This document shows, piece by piece, positions 8,734-17,613 of a stretch of 64,000 nt of DNA. The stretch lies in contig CAYWTB010000002.1 in assembly GCA_964461135.1 (NCBI GenBank), positions 3,585-67,584 of the forward strand, in the 5' to 3' direction. Under the pieces are notes generated by a model. That model worked only from the letters and a program-made list of their open reading frames with translations, did not search any database and had not been told where the DNA came from. The translations under genes were made by a program, and so were the position numbers. This DNA comes from an uncultured Caldithrix sp. (lineage in GTDB: Bacteria; Calditrichota; Calditrichia; RBG-13-44-9). Numbering within the stretch: position 1 is the first letter of the stretch; every line of letters begins with the position of its first letter.

Positions 8734-9096
8734 CTACTCCTTTTTCTTTTCGTCCTTCTTTTCCTTTTCTATAAAATATGAAGCCACGGCTATTCGTAGT
8801 TCTTTGTTTCCATGACTGATCAGCCATCTCCCATCCGCTCCATACTTTTTATCAATACTCAAAATCTTCTCAACAAATTCCGGTTTCAACTCCCTGCCAT
8901 AAAGAACCTTCACGGGATTACCAAACCGGTAGGCAACTAAAATCTTGTACTGCCAATTCACATAGAGAACCGCATCACCCCAATCGGTATTGAACCGTTC
9001 GAACAGAAAATTCACATCCCCAACTTTCTCGAATCCGCAGGAAACCATCAAACCGTGTACTTCATCCTGGGCTCTAAAGTAACAGGGCTTATTCAT
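8734..9096 (-). CDS. Hypothetical protein
   Basis: 120-aa ORF in the same-strand operon. Confidence 0.55.
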   Translation of the reverse strand: MNKPCYFRAQDEVHGLMVSCGFEKVGDVNFLFERFNTDWGDAVLYVNWQYKILVAYRFGNPVKVLYGRELKPEFVEKILSIDKKYGADGRWLISHGNKELRIAVASYFIEKEKKDEKKKE

Positions 9097-9202
9097 AACA
9101 CGTCCTCAAATCCATTAAAATCTCAAAGTTTCGCATACTATTCACTTATAACTAATGTTGCTATTACTAAACAAAACAGGTAAAAAAACACAATAGTCGG
9201 TA

Positions 9203-10375
9203 TTATATCAGCACCAACTGTTCCCCGGCTTTAGTCGGCGTCTGGACTTTCAGTCCATGCTTTTCAGCCAATCGATGTAAAAAACTCAATTCGGTTTCAT
9301 TCTGGAAATCCACAGCTTCCTGGCGAATTTTATCAATGTGCTGTTCCAGAATTTCACACATGGCACGATTCACATCAGCATAGTCCGACATCGATGGCCA
9401 CCGAAGACTCTGACCATTATGCTTCAAGAAATGCTCACAGAATCGTAGAAAATCCTGCGGATCATTATAGGTTGCCTTGAATCCATTAATATCATAGTGA
9501 GCAATATATCCGCAGTGCAGATGCAGGTGTTCATACAGGTTCTTGTCCATCAAATGAATATCCCGCTTTTCAATGACAGACTTGAATCTCTTGAACGCCT
9601 TGTACTTCTGTTGCGCAGTCAAAAACTGCATATCTTTGAAGTCTGATAACACATACTCAGTCATTTGCATCTCCTCATATTTTTGTTTGATAAAATCTTT
9701 GAAAAACTGCTTGTGAATTATCTTTGACTTATCTTTATCATTCCTCTTCAAATAAAATTGCAGGAAGGGGAAATAATACAACATCCATTCCGGACTCTTC
9801 CGTGTGTGAACACGTGGTCCTTTCCAATCCCAGTTATATGGAGCAGTAAAGCAAGTATCCACTTTATCCGTGGCTTGAAAAGCTCCAAAATTGTGAGTTG
9901 GATTAATCAATTCGGGAAACCTGCATCTCATAACAAATTTGAAAATTTTGTTCCCGATAATCTTCGCAATAAATTGAAATAATTCTTCAGATTCTTCAAA
10001 CAGCAAAAAATTAAGATGATCGCTGATTGAGATTCGCTTATAGAATGGATGATCGTTGACCAAATCGTTCAGCCTTTGCCATGACCGTTTTCGTGATCCA
10101 TTGACATACTGTAGATATTCGATTGCGAAATTTCCGGAGAAGATCAGAGCAAATGTTGGTGTAATTTTATACTTATTCTCAATCATTGTGGAATGGATCT
10201 GATCCAAATACGCAGACATCCTTTTCAAATCCTGGCAGGTTACTCCACACTTGCATTCCAAAAAAGATTCATCAAGATTCTTTAAAAATTCAGTTTTTCT
10301 TTGCCCTAAAATCAGACCAATAAATATTATGATAATTGCCAGGATCGTGGCAACCCTGCGATCATTTCTGCTCAT
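9203..10375 (-). CDS. Hypothetical protein with N-terminal transmembrane anchor
   Basis: 390-aa ORF. The N-terminus VATILAIIIIFIGLILG is hydrophobic. It overlaps the upstream gene by 4 nt (ATGA type). Confidence 0.6.
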   Translation of the reverse strand: MSRNDRRVATILAIIIIFIGLILGQRKTEFLKNLDESFLECKCGVTCQDLKRMSAYLDQIHSTMIENKYKITPTFALIFSGNFAIEYLQYVNGSRKRSWQRLNDLVNDHPFYKRISISDHLNFLLFEESEELFQFIAKIIGNKIFKFVMRCRFPELINPTHNFGAFQATDKVDTCFTAPYNWDWKGPRVHTRKSPEWMLYYFPFLQFYLKRNDKDKSKIIHKQFFKDFIKQKYEEMQMTEYVLSDFKDMQFLTAQQKYKAFKRFKSVIEKRDIHLMDKNLYEHLHLHCGYIAHYDINGFKATYNDPQDFLRFCEHFLKHNGQSLRWPSMSDYADVNRAMCEILEQHIDKIRQEAVDFQNETELSFLHRLAEKHGLKVQTPTKAGEQLVLI

Positions 10376-10758
10376 AGTTCGATTAACTCCGGTTTAAAAT
10401 ATGCAATCTTCTCAATCAATTTCTTTTCGGCCAAATCACTATGCTGATATTTAAACGACAATCTCTTCGGGACAAATTTAAGATTCCAGAAAAATTCCTT
10501 GGTTCTGGCATCTCTGATTCTATTGACCGACGCATAATATTTTTGATCAACAAAATACTGAAATGAATCCTGGCCACAAACCTTAACAATCAGGGCCCTT
10601 TCGAATGCATAAAGCAGAGCATCATCCCGATCAAAAAAGACAATTTTCTCCTGCGGATGGCTGTACGGAAAAACCTTGACTACATAACCCGTGCCCTGTG
10701 GAATCCCGGAAAAACTTATATCAGTAATAATCACCAGCATCATTCTCTTAACCGTCAT
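10372..10758 (-). CDS. Hypothetical protein
   Basis: 128-aa ORF, coupled to 9203..10375 by a 4-nt overlap. Confidence 0.55.
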   Translation of the reverse strand: MTVKRMMLVIITDISFSGIPQGTGYVVKVFPYSHPQEKIVFFDRDDALLYAFERALIVKVCGQDSFQYFVDQKYYASVNRIRDARTKEFFWNLKFVPKRLSFKYQHSDLAEKKLIEKIAYFKPELIEL

Positions 10759-10887
10759 ACTCTTTTCCCTCCACGCATTCCAAAATGAATAGCCTTTCCC
10801 TCAAAACTGGCAAAAGGAAGCACAACAACACCGTACAAAATAATCAAAACAAGAATTTTTAACATTGCCGATCTCCCTATCTTTTGG

Positions 10888-12009
10888 TTAAATCACCTTT
10901 CTGTAGATATATTCCAATCCAGCCGGAATCACTTCCACACCCTTTAATTCAGAATGCCTCCTGTCTTTTTTCAGGAAATAATACTGGAGTGCCAGTTCCT
11001 GAGATTCCCTGCTGGATAAGCAAATATCCCTAAAATCGCACCAACCACAGTGCAGACCTTGGGTTCGGTAAATCGCCAACTTCCCGATTTCAGATACCAC
11101 CGCACGAATCTTTTCGATGAAAATTTGAATTTCTTCCCGGGTTCTGGAAACTTCAACCCGGTCAAAATAGTGTTCGGGACGAGCCAGATAATCCGCTACC
11201 AACCTTTCCTCATACTCTGCCGGGCTCTCTTTTCGCTCGTTCAGAACAATTTCACCATCATAATTTTCGGTCTGTTTTTTCAGATCCTTTTCGGCCTTCT
11301 GGGCATCTGATTTCAACCGGAAAAATTCATTGGTTAGAGACTGTCCGGTCCCGGCGGACACAATCGAATACTCCCGTTTCAAATTAGGCTTTGTACCGGG
11401 CTTTTTTATTATGGAATAATATCCCCGCACAACGGGATTTCGCCATTTGGCCATTAAAGCCAAAAGATACAGTGTTACCTGATCATCAATTCTCAGCATT
11501 TCCCGATCCGATTCACCCCACACAGATTTGGTCTTAATCTCGTGCAAGCGATATCCGTTCTTCCTTACAACTCCATCAATTTTTCCCGACAAAATGAAAT
11601 CACCAAAATCCAAGGCAAACTCCATTTCGGGCAGATAGGCTTGAAAATCCTCTTGTTGAAAATAATGAACATGGTATCCTGTCAGCATGGCAATGATGGC
11701 AGCCCTTTCAGCATAGTAATCCTCATCCTCCATGTCCGCATACCACTGCATCCTTTTGCCATAATCCAGATATTCTTTGGCCTTTTTCTGGAGTACGGCC
11801 AATTCACACCGGTTGTTATACAAATAATCCAGCATTTCATGGACCACAGATCCAATTCTGATATTTTTTCCGTAATCTTTGGGAGTGTATCCTTCCTGGT
11901 AGGCCCAATAATGCTGCTGCCTGCAAATAATCCATGATCTTTCTTCTGAGTAAGTGATAACAGGTTTTCCGATCATTTTACAGTCCATTTCTCCTAAAAT
12001 TTGCGACAA
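10888..12009 (-). CDS. PD-(D/E)xK exonuclease of the Cas4/RecB family with Fe-S-type Cys cluster
   Basis: GKIDGVV...LHEIKTKS is the D..E-x-K motif. The C-terminal CGWCDFRDIC (C-x2-C-x5-C) plus an N-terminal Cys (WIICRQQ) gives the Cas4/AddB four-Cys pattern. The true start is probably an internal ATG after AGGAGA. Confidence 0.7.
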   Translation of the reverse strand: MSQILGEMDCKMIGKPVITYSEERSWIICRQQHYWAYQEGYTPKDYGKNIRIGSVVHEMLDYLYNNRCELAVLQKKAKEYLDYGKRMQWYADMEDEDYYAERAAIIAMLTGYHVHYFQQEDFQAYLPEMEFALDFGDFILSGKIDGVVRKNGYRLHEIKTKSVWGESDREMLRIDDQVTLYLLALMAKWRNPVVRGYYSIIKKPGTKPNLKREYSIVSAGTGQSLTNEFFRLKSDAQKAEKDLKKQTENYDGEIVLNERKESPAEYEERLVADYLARPEHYFDRVEVSRTREEIQIFIEKIRAVVSEIGKLAIYRTQGLHCGWCDFRDICLSSRESQELALQYYFLKKDRRHSELKGVEVIPAGLEYIYRKVI

Positions 12010-12010
12010 T

Positions 12011-12039
12011 AATTTAGCATTCTAAACATGTCATGTCAA
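12011..12039 (-). promoter_or_regulatory. sigma70-type promoter for the exonuclease gene, overlapping a TTTAG-N4-CTAAA palindrome
   Basis: Minus strand reads TTGACA (12039..12034), 17 nt, TAAATT (12016..12011). The palindrome ATTTAGCATTCTAAAC lies at 12012-12027. Confidence 0.5.
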
Positions 12040-12121
12040 CTGTTTTTTATACAAAACTTTTTGGGTCAAAGAAAAGGCGGTTTTAAAAGTCGCCTTTATA
12101 TCAGCCCAAAAATGACGCAGA

Positions 12122-12373
12122 TCACACAGAATTTATTAATTCTTGTTTACTTGCAACAGCAAGCTTAACTTGGATCAGATTTGTGACGATATAATTAACC
12201 GTATGGGATACAGCATGAACAAATTCATCTTCAATCTGACTGGCCAACTCTGGATATCTTTGCTTTACGTCCCACATCAAGGTTTCAAATCTCTCGGTTT
12301 CAACGGCTTGGTCAATAGTTTCTACCGCAAGCTCGTTTTTAATTGTCTGTGTAAGTCTTTCCCTGAATTCCAT
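12122..12373 (-). CDS. Hypothetical small protein (start trimmed to the ATG after AAGGAG)
   Basis: The track ORF 12122..12478 contains TTGACA (12441..12436), 17 nt, TTAACT and AAGGAG upstream of MEFRERLTQ at 12373. The 5' third of the track ORF is therefore probably promoter and leader. Confidence 0.5.
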   Translation of the reverse strand: MEFRERLTQTIKNELAVETIDQAVETERFETLMWDVKQRYPELASQIEDEFVHAVSHTVNYIVTNLIQVKLAVASKQELINSV

Positions 12374-12585
12374 ACACCTACTCCTTGTGTTTTTGAGGTG
12401 GTGAAAAGTTAAATCGAAGTTGAAACATTTGTCAAGTCGAAAATTTGAAGAAAATTGTTTTTTTAATTTCACGACCATAATTCAAAAACTGTTGCTGTAC
12501 GCAATAAACAGGAAACGGTTGAACAGTATCTGCCAATTCAGAACTTGTATTAACAACGTACAGGAAGGTATTTATTAAAGTCAAA

Positions 12586-13017
12586 ATGAAAAAATTCGTA
12601 TTTCTGAATGCGTTCTATTCCAAAATGCTTGGTCTTAAACCTGACGAAGCCACCCGGAAACCATTCATCGATTTCGTGGCATCCAAAGATCAGGACATGA
12701 TCACCAAAATGCATCATGACAGGATGAAGGGCAAACCTGCAAAAGACGAATACGAATTACGAGTCATCAATGCTGCCGGAATTCACCGAACCACAAACAT
12801 CAAAGTAAGCATGGTTCAATACAACAATAAGCCAGCTGTTCTTGGGACCGCCAGAGACATCACCGATCAGAAATATGAAGCCGAAGTTACTATTCAAAAA
12901 CAAAAACAGCTGGAAAAAATAATTGCATCAGCACTTGAAATTCTGCTTCCGGATTCAAAAAAAGCCAGAACGGAATTTTTAAACAAACTTCTCGCAAATG
13001 TCGAAAGCAAAAAATGA
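12586..13017 (+). CDS. Stand-alone PAS-domain protein
   Basis: The PAS core ends in the hallmark GTARDITDQKYEAE, preceded by FLNAFYSKMLGLKPDE...YELRVINAAGIHRTTNIKVSMV. No output domain is present. It is one of only four good plus-strand genes in the window. Confidence 0.7.
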   Translation: MKKFVFLNAFYSKMLGLKPDEATRKPFIDFVASKDQDMITKMHHDRMKGKPAKDEYELRVINAAGIHRTTNIKVSMVQYNNKPAVLGTARDITDQKYEAEVTIQKQKQLEKIIASALEILLPDSKKARTEFLNKLLANVESKK

Positions 13018-13106
13018 AAAAAAATTTTGCGCCTATAATTCAATTTTCAAAATTTTCCTATATAGTATTTATATATATATAATAATATATCTAATAATCG
13101 ATTTAT

Positions 13107-13135
13107 GAATTGAAAGAATTGAAAGAATTGAAAGG
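13107..13135. repeat. Three tandem GAATTGAAA(G) repeats next to a (TA)n tract
   Basis: The sequence is gaattgaaagaattgaaagaattgaaagg, located in the PAS-XRE intergenic region. Confidence 0.6.
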
Positions 13136-13212
13136 TGTATCTAAATATTGTGCAGCCGAAAAATTTAAGTTGTTGAAAAATATGGATTTATGAAAATGGC
13201 TGCCCAAAATTT

Positions 13213-13234
13213 CGTGTCTCACATGTGAGACACG
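13213..13234. promoter_or_regulatory. Hairpin-family copy 2; candidate operator of the XRE repressor gene
   Basis: CGTGTCTCACA|TGTGAGACACG is a perfect 22-bp palindrome 45 nt upstream of ATG 13280. Confidence 0.55.
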
Positions 13235-13279
13235 GCGAGTCGATTGTAAAGAGCCACGCTAAAAACGAAAGGAGCTACC

Positions 13280-13639
13280 ATGATTTCACAAGATACGCTG
13301 GACATTATCAGTCGAGTTGTTGCCTTGCGAAAAATCCGGGGCATCAGCCAGGCCGATTTATCTCGCAAGATTAATCTTAGCAAAGGTTCATTGAGTCAGT
13401 TTGAACGTGGCCTCATGCGCCTCAGCGCTGAGAATCTTGGCAAAATCGCCAAAGCGCTGGACACCTCTACGGATTATCTGATTTTTGGCAAAGAAAAGAA
13501 GAATCCTAAAACAACTACAATGGAATTATTTAGAAAATTTCTTAATAACGAGAAAATCAAACAAATGATCAATCTTACCAATGACGAAGAACTGAACGAC
13601 CTTATCCAGCAGATGAAAGACTATCTAAACCAAGACTGA
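13280..13639 (+). CDS. XRE/CI-type helix-turn-helix transcriptional repressor
   Basis: LRKIRGISQADLSRKINLSKGSLSQFERGLMRLSAENLGKIAKALDTSTDYLIFG is a canonical HTH_XRE sequence. The gene is transcribed opposite to the surrounding operons. Confidence 0.85.
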   Translation: MISQDTLDIISRVVALRKIRGISQADLSRKINLSKGSLSQFERGLMRLSAENLGKIAKALDTSTDYLIFGKEKKNPKTTTMELFRKFLNNEKIKQMINLTNDEELNDLIQQMKDYLNQD

Positions 13640-14108
13640 TCACGTTATTGGCGATCTTGTAAACCGGCTTTTCCCATTCCACAGACAGGTAAAGGAGCTT
13701 TTTAAAGAGCTCCTTTTCTATTCTAACCATCTTATCTGCTCGACCTAAATCTTTCATTTTTTCGGCATCAAATATTTTTAATCCCGCCTCCACCACATCA
13801 TCGATCACTTCAATGTGCTGTTTCCCCGGAGCCCTGTCAATCAATTTTTGAAATAATTTAGCATCTATGTTTACAGCTTTGCGGGGTTTTAATTCCAAAA
13901 TCCGTCTTTCGTTTCTTTTTTCAGCTAAAAATTGATCCACTTCTGCCAGGCTAAACCGCAATTCTCCAAGTTCTGTTTTGGAACGCTGTAATCCTTTGTC
14001 CATCCAGCTATATATGGTCTGCCGGGACACACCCGCATGTTTCATAACATCATAAATGGTCATGGTCCGGTTCAGTTTGTCCAGTTTTTCCAAAACATCT
14101 TTTTTCAT
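13602..14108 (-). CDS. Excisionase/MerR-like HTH DNA-binding protein (candidate Cro/early regulator)
   Basis: N-terminal TIYDVMKHAGVSRQTIYSWMDKG is HTH-like. Its 3' end overlaps the convergent XRE gene by 38 nt. Confidence 0.6.
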   Translation of the reverse strand: MKKDVLEKLDKLNRTMTIYDVMKHAGVSRQTIYSWMDKGLQRSKTELGELRFSLAEVDQFLAEKRNERRILELKPRKAVNIDAKLFQKLIDRAPGKQHIEVIDDVVEAGLKIFDAEKMKDLGRADKMVRIEKELFKKLLYLSVEWEKPVYKIANNVISLGLDSLSSAG

Positions 14109-14153
14109 CTGTCAACTCCAATTTTTCATTTTGACTTGACATAAATTAATCAT

Positions 14154-14460
14154 TGTCAATTCAAAAAGCAATAAAAATCATTATTAGTTTACAATCATTT
14201 GTTACTGTCAATCCAAAAAGAAATATTATTCTGTGTTTAGTTTACAACAATCCATAACTGTCAACCCAATATGAAATAAATATTCTTGATTGATTTACAG
14301 TTATCTTTTGCTGTCAATTAAAAACGAAAAATAAATCTATTTCATTTTACAGACTTTTATTATTGTCTAATCATAATGAAATAAATTCCTCAATGAGATT
14401 ACAGGCATTTTTCTATTGTCTAATACAAAAGAAATAAATGTTCGTATCACTTTACAGGTA
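14154..14460. repeat. Six contiguous direct repeats with 52-53-bp period (iteron-like array)
   Basis: TGTC(A/T)A starts at 14154, 14206, 14259, 14312, 14364 and 14417. (T/A)TTACA starts at 14188, 14241, 14294, 14346, 14398 and 14451. Each unit also carries GAAATAAAT-like A-rich boxes. Confidence 0.8.
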
Positions 14461-14483
14461 GATTTAAGCAATCAATCAACATA

Positions 14484-14927
14484 TCATATTCTTTCTGTCT
14501 GTTTGCATTTCGGATAATTCAGGCATCCGTAAAAATCACCATACCTGCCTGTTCTCGGGATCATCGCTGCACCGCACTTCGGACACCGTTTCACCCGATT
14601 CTTATTGGCCGTAAACCACACGATTCTTTGACGCATTCGCTGACTCCACCCAGGGACCCGATACACCTTTTTCGTACCCACAGCTTTTCCGGAAACATTA
14701 TCGAACAGGGCAATCCGAATAGCATCCTCGCCCACTCCCCTGCTCAATCCGGCTTTATTGATCGAGCTGTAAATGGTAATCGAGACACCGTTCAGCGGGA
14801 TCTCATAAATCAACTCACCGGCATACCGCGTTTTTTCTTCACTTAATTTTGCTTTCCCCGGGAGAGCTTTTTCAAAAAACTCTCTGGTAATCAATTCGTA
14901 ATGACCTGGTTGTGCCATTCTTTTCAC
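14484..14927 (-). CDS. Protein with C-terminal topoisomerase-type C4 zinc finger; paralog of 62679..63089
   Basis: The C-terminus is CPKCGAAMIPRTGRYGDFYGCLNYPKCK. The N-terminal ITIYSSINKAGLS...IRI aligns with IRVYSSIPKFGSS...IRI of 62679..63089. Confidence 0.65.
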   Translation of the reverse strand: MKRMAQPGHYELITREFFEKALPGKAKLSEEKTRYAGELIYEIPLNGVSITIYSSINKAGLSRGVGEDAIRIALFDNVSGKAVGTKKVYRVPGWSQRMRQRIVWFTANKNRVKRCPKCGAAMIPRTGRYGDFYGCLNYPKCKQTERI

Positions 14928-15102
14928 CCCTCAGCTTTATCAGTTTAAGATTGCGACAATTCCAACCTAATTTGAAGCGGAATTGCCTCCAGAAATCATC
15001 AAAACGGTTGTTCATGGATTTGATATAGACCTGACCCTTGACAGCGACCATAGAGCCTAATGGAAGCATAAAGTACCAATTCCGAATTTTCTTCTTTCTC
15101 AT
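14872..15102 (-). CDS. Hypothetical small protein (uncertain)
   Basis: 76-aa ORF overlapping the downstream gene by 56 nt. It is preceded by AAGGATGGG and hairpin copy 3. Confidence 0.4.
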   Translation of the reverse strand: MRKKKIRNWYFMLPLGSMVAVKGQVYIKSMNNRFDDFWRQFRFKLGWNCRNLKLIKLRGEKNGTTRSLRIDYQRVF

Positions 15103-15127
15103 ACACCCATCCTTGTGAAATGATGCT

Positions 15128-15148
15128 CATGTCTCACAGTGAGACACG
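15128..15148. repeat. Hairpin-family copy 3
   Basis: CATGTCTCAC-a-GTGAGACACG lies in the intergenic leader, about 26 nt upstream of ATG 15102. Confidence 0.8.
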
Positions 15149-15267
15149 AAAATTCGATTTTAACGGGCTATCGTTTTCGGGGCAACCTGAGTTCATTGTT
15201 TGGGTGATCTTCATTCCTACCCCCTATAAACCCATCGAATTTGGAGCTTTTCCGATGGCATACGGAT

Positions 15268-15825
15268 CTAAAATTCAGACGAACCATTACCGGCGAATTC
15301 CTGAATAGTCTTGATCGCTTCGGCAACATTCCGCAGTTTGACTAATTGCGCCCTTCGATCCACAGACCTTCGGGTAGCATCTCGCAATTCTTCGGTCAAA
15401 TAGTCAACCCGGCTCTGTAACCGAACGTTCTCTGTCCGGAGATCACCAATCTTCCGGTAGATCTTCTTTTTGGATTCTTCCAGAGCATTTTCGCGTTCTT
15501 CGATGTTGTCCAGAAGGGGCTGAATCTCTTTCTGAAAATAGTCACCCTCGGCCCTCTTCATCCGGTACTTAATCCAGGCATCCACTACAGTCGAAAACGC
15601 CCATTCACCGCTGCATTTCCAGATAGCAAAGAACACATACGACCTTTCAGATCCTTTGAGCTCTATCGCTATGTCTTCGATCAGTTGATAACTGGAGCGA
15701 CCATACACATCCTGCAGATCAGTCCACTGTGCAGTCGAACCGCCAGCATAATTCCGAACAACTTCCGTCCACTTTAAAAGCTGGTCTTTGTTCTCAATCT
15801 TCCGAAAATCCACCAAACTTACCAT
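15268..15825 (-). CDS. Hypothetical coiled-coil protein
   Basis: 185-aa ORF with GGAGG upstream. The GTTTAGATTGCTAAAC palindrome (15842-15857) sits in its leader. Confidence 0.6.
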   Translation of the reverse strand: MVSLVDFRKIENKDQLLKWTEVVRNYAGGSTAQWTDLQDVYGRSSYQLIEDIAIELKGSERSYVFFAIWKCSGEWAFSTVVDAWIKYRMKRAEGDYFQKEIQPLLDNIEERENALEESKKKIYRKIGDLRTENVRLQSRVDYLTEELRDATRRSVDRRAQLVKLRNVAEAIKTIQEFAGNGSSEF

Positions 15826-15864
15826 TACTTTACCTCCAAAAGTTTAGATTGCTAAACTATTTGC

Positions 15865-16212
15865 TTAAAAATAATTCGGTCCTTTGTAAAAGTCTTCCAA
15901 AACCCTTAACCTGTCATCCACCTTGGCGATCACCGTGTAACCAACTCTTTCCATGTCCAGGGCAAACCACTCTTTTTCTGTGGCAACCCAGATTTGATAT
16001 CCGGCGATATACGGTTTCATTTCGATTCCGGGAGCAATCAGTTTGATTATCTCGGGCTTGGCCGAACTCATCACAAGGTAGCCAATCCTATGCTCTGCCA
16101 GGAATTTTTGACCATCCTCAAGTGCGATTTCGTCCTGGCTCTTTTCAATTTCAGTCTGCTTTTTTTCTTTTTCCTCGATTTTGCTTTGAATGATTTCGCC
16201 GATTGTAAACAT
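15865..16212 (-). CDS. Hypothetical protein
   Basis: 115-aa ORF with GGGAGA upstream. It is the first gene after promoter 16251-16279. Confidence 0.6.
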   Translation of the reverse strand: MFTIGEIIQSKIEEKEKKQTEIEKSQDEIALEDGQKFLAEHRIGYLVMSSAKPEIIKLIAPGIEMKPYIAGYQIWVATEKEWFALDMERVGYTVIAKVDDRLRVLEDFYKGPNYF

Positions 16213-16250
16213 TCTTTATCTCCCTGTTTTTATTAGGTTTATTTAAAGGA

Positions 16251-16279
16251 AAAATACATCAGGGAAAACCCATTGTCAA
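16251..16279 (-). promoter_or_regulatory. Conserved promoter cassette (family member)
   Basis: Minus strand reads TTGACA-ATGGGTTTTCCCTGATG-TATTTT. The spacer is nearly identical at 19846-19874. Confidence 0.55.
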
Positions 16280-16382
16280 GTGAAAAATAAAATATATTTT
16301 ATCTTCGCTATACATCATCCAGAAAAAACTAAAAAAAGGGCGACTGCCCATTGACAGCCACCCGATCATTCTCAATCATCAA

Positions 16383-16799
16383 TTATAAATTTACTCGATC
16401 ATACTTATAATCGATCATTTTACCGGTTGAATCGAATACAATTTTCCAGATCATTTTCCAATTAAATACATCCGCAATGCATTCCATAACCAACCCAATA
16501 TTCTTATTCGATTCACGGTTGTCGAGCCAAATCTGCCGGGCAAGTTTTTCAATGAATTCTGGTGACGGATTCGAATTCCTTTCAATTTCAACCATGATCA
16601 CATATCCATCATCTACTTCAACTTTCTGTAGAATCTTATACTGTATGGTCTTGGCAACTGGAGCCTTTTTCTCAACCCGAATCCGTTTCGGCTGATCTGC
16701 AACTTTCTTCTCGGTTTTAATATCAGGGAGCAAGGCCAGAACCACACAGATCAAAATAAATACAACAAATATCCGTGCAACAATTTTAACTGCTTTCAT
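16383..16799 (-). CDS. Hypothetical membrane-anchored protein
   Basis: 138-aa ORF with the N-terminal TM segment IVARIFVVFILICVVLALL. Confidence 0.55.
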   Translation of the reverse strand: MKAVKIVARIFVVFILICVVLALLPDIKTEKKVADQPKRIRVEKKAPVAKTIQYKILQKVEVDDGYVIMVEIERNSNPSPEFIEKLARQIWLDNRESNKNIGLVMECIADVFNWKMIWKIVFDSTGKMIDYKYDRVNL

Positions 16800-16832
16800 A
16801 AAAATCTTTCCTTTCTTGGTTTTAATGAATCT

Positions 16833-16997
16833 TCAATCTTTCTTAAAATCAACAATATAGACGACCACATCACACTCCGGACAGGTCCATGAAGTCTTTC
16901 GCTCATATTCATCCTCATAACAGATTTCAACAAACTTCAATCTCACCATCCCGTGACCTGTATTCGGACAGTATCGAATTAAATCACGATCAGTCAT
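16833..16997 (-). CDS. Unlisted 54-aa zinc-ribbon protein (below the track cutoff)
   Basis: My translation is MTDRDLIRYCPNTGHGMVRLKFVEICYEDEYERKTSWTCPECDVVVYIVDFKKD. It has CPxxGH...CPEC pairs. Its ATG overlaps the TGA of 16994..17176 (ATGA coupling). Confidence 0.5.
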   Translation of the reverse strand: MTDRDLIRYCPNTGHGMVRLKFVEICYEDEYERKTSWTCPECDVVVYIVDFKKD

Positions 16998-17176
16998 ATT
17001 GTCACCTCCTCTTGAATTAGTCTATGGTTGCCAATTACATCACCAGTCAGATAGCACACATACACTTTGCGTTTTTCAGCCAGCGTTATCGGAATTTTTG
17101 GATATCCGATTTCAGCGATCATCTCTGACCAATCTTCATCGGTCAAAGACAGAATATCCTGACTATCAATTTTCAT
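16994..17176 (-). CDS. Hypothetical small protein
   Basis: 60-aa ORF with 4-nt overlaps to both neighbours. Confidence 0.5.
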   Translation of the reverse strand: MKIDSQDILSLTDEDWSEMIAEIGYPKIPITLAEKRKVYVCYLTGDVIGNHRLIQEEVTI

Positions 17177-17613
17177 AACCAGTCTCCTTCATCAATCAAT
17201 TCTTCAATTTCCTGTTGAATTTTCAGAGCCATTTCCTTGTTCTTTGGCTTGGGCTTTTCTTTTACTTCCAGGGGCTCATCACTATCATCATGCCGAAATG
17301 ACGGATGAAAGTCTCTGAACTTTTTTCCGTCACCATCGTGGTACAAGTCGCGCTCGATTTTCAGACCGAATGGTCCTTTCAGATCTTCCATTTCTTTGAG
17401 CGAAAAATATCCCCATTCATCACACAAACCTTCAACATATCCCCAGAACATCCAATTACCATCTTCCTGCAGGGAACCTTCCACCACATACCCCGTCCAG
17501 TTTGACCAGGGCGTGAAATACTTGCAGACGCATACCTTGTCATGGAGCGGAACCTTTTCGGTTGCATACAGCTTGGGTAGCTTCCTCTTAATTTCCTCAG
17601 TGAGCATTTTCAT
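17173..17613 (-). CDS. DUF2958-family protein (typical of plasmid/ICE/phage leading regions)
   Basis: KLPKLYATE...KYFTPWSNWTGYVVEG...FWGYVEGLCDEWGYFSLKEMEDLKGPFGLKIERDLY matches the conserved DUF2958 pattern as I recall it. Confidence 0.75.
   Translation of the reverse strand: MKMLTEEIKRKLPKLYATEKVPLHDKVCVCKYFTPWSNWTGYVVEGSLQEDGNWMFWGYVEGLCDEWGYFSLKEMEDLKGPFGLKIERDLYHDGDGKKFRDFHPSFRHDDSDEPLEVKEKPKPKNKEMALKIQQEIEELIDEGDWL

Noticed and set aside
14154-14460. CRISPR array
   Set aside because: The units are contiguous 52-53-bp repeats with conserved boxes spread through each unit. There are no alternating identical repeats and unique spacers, and no cas genes nearby.
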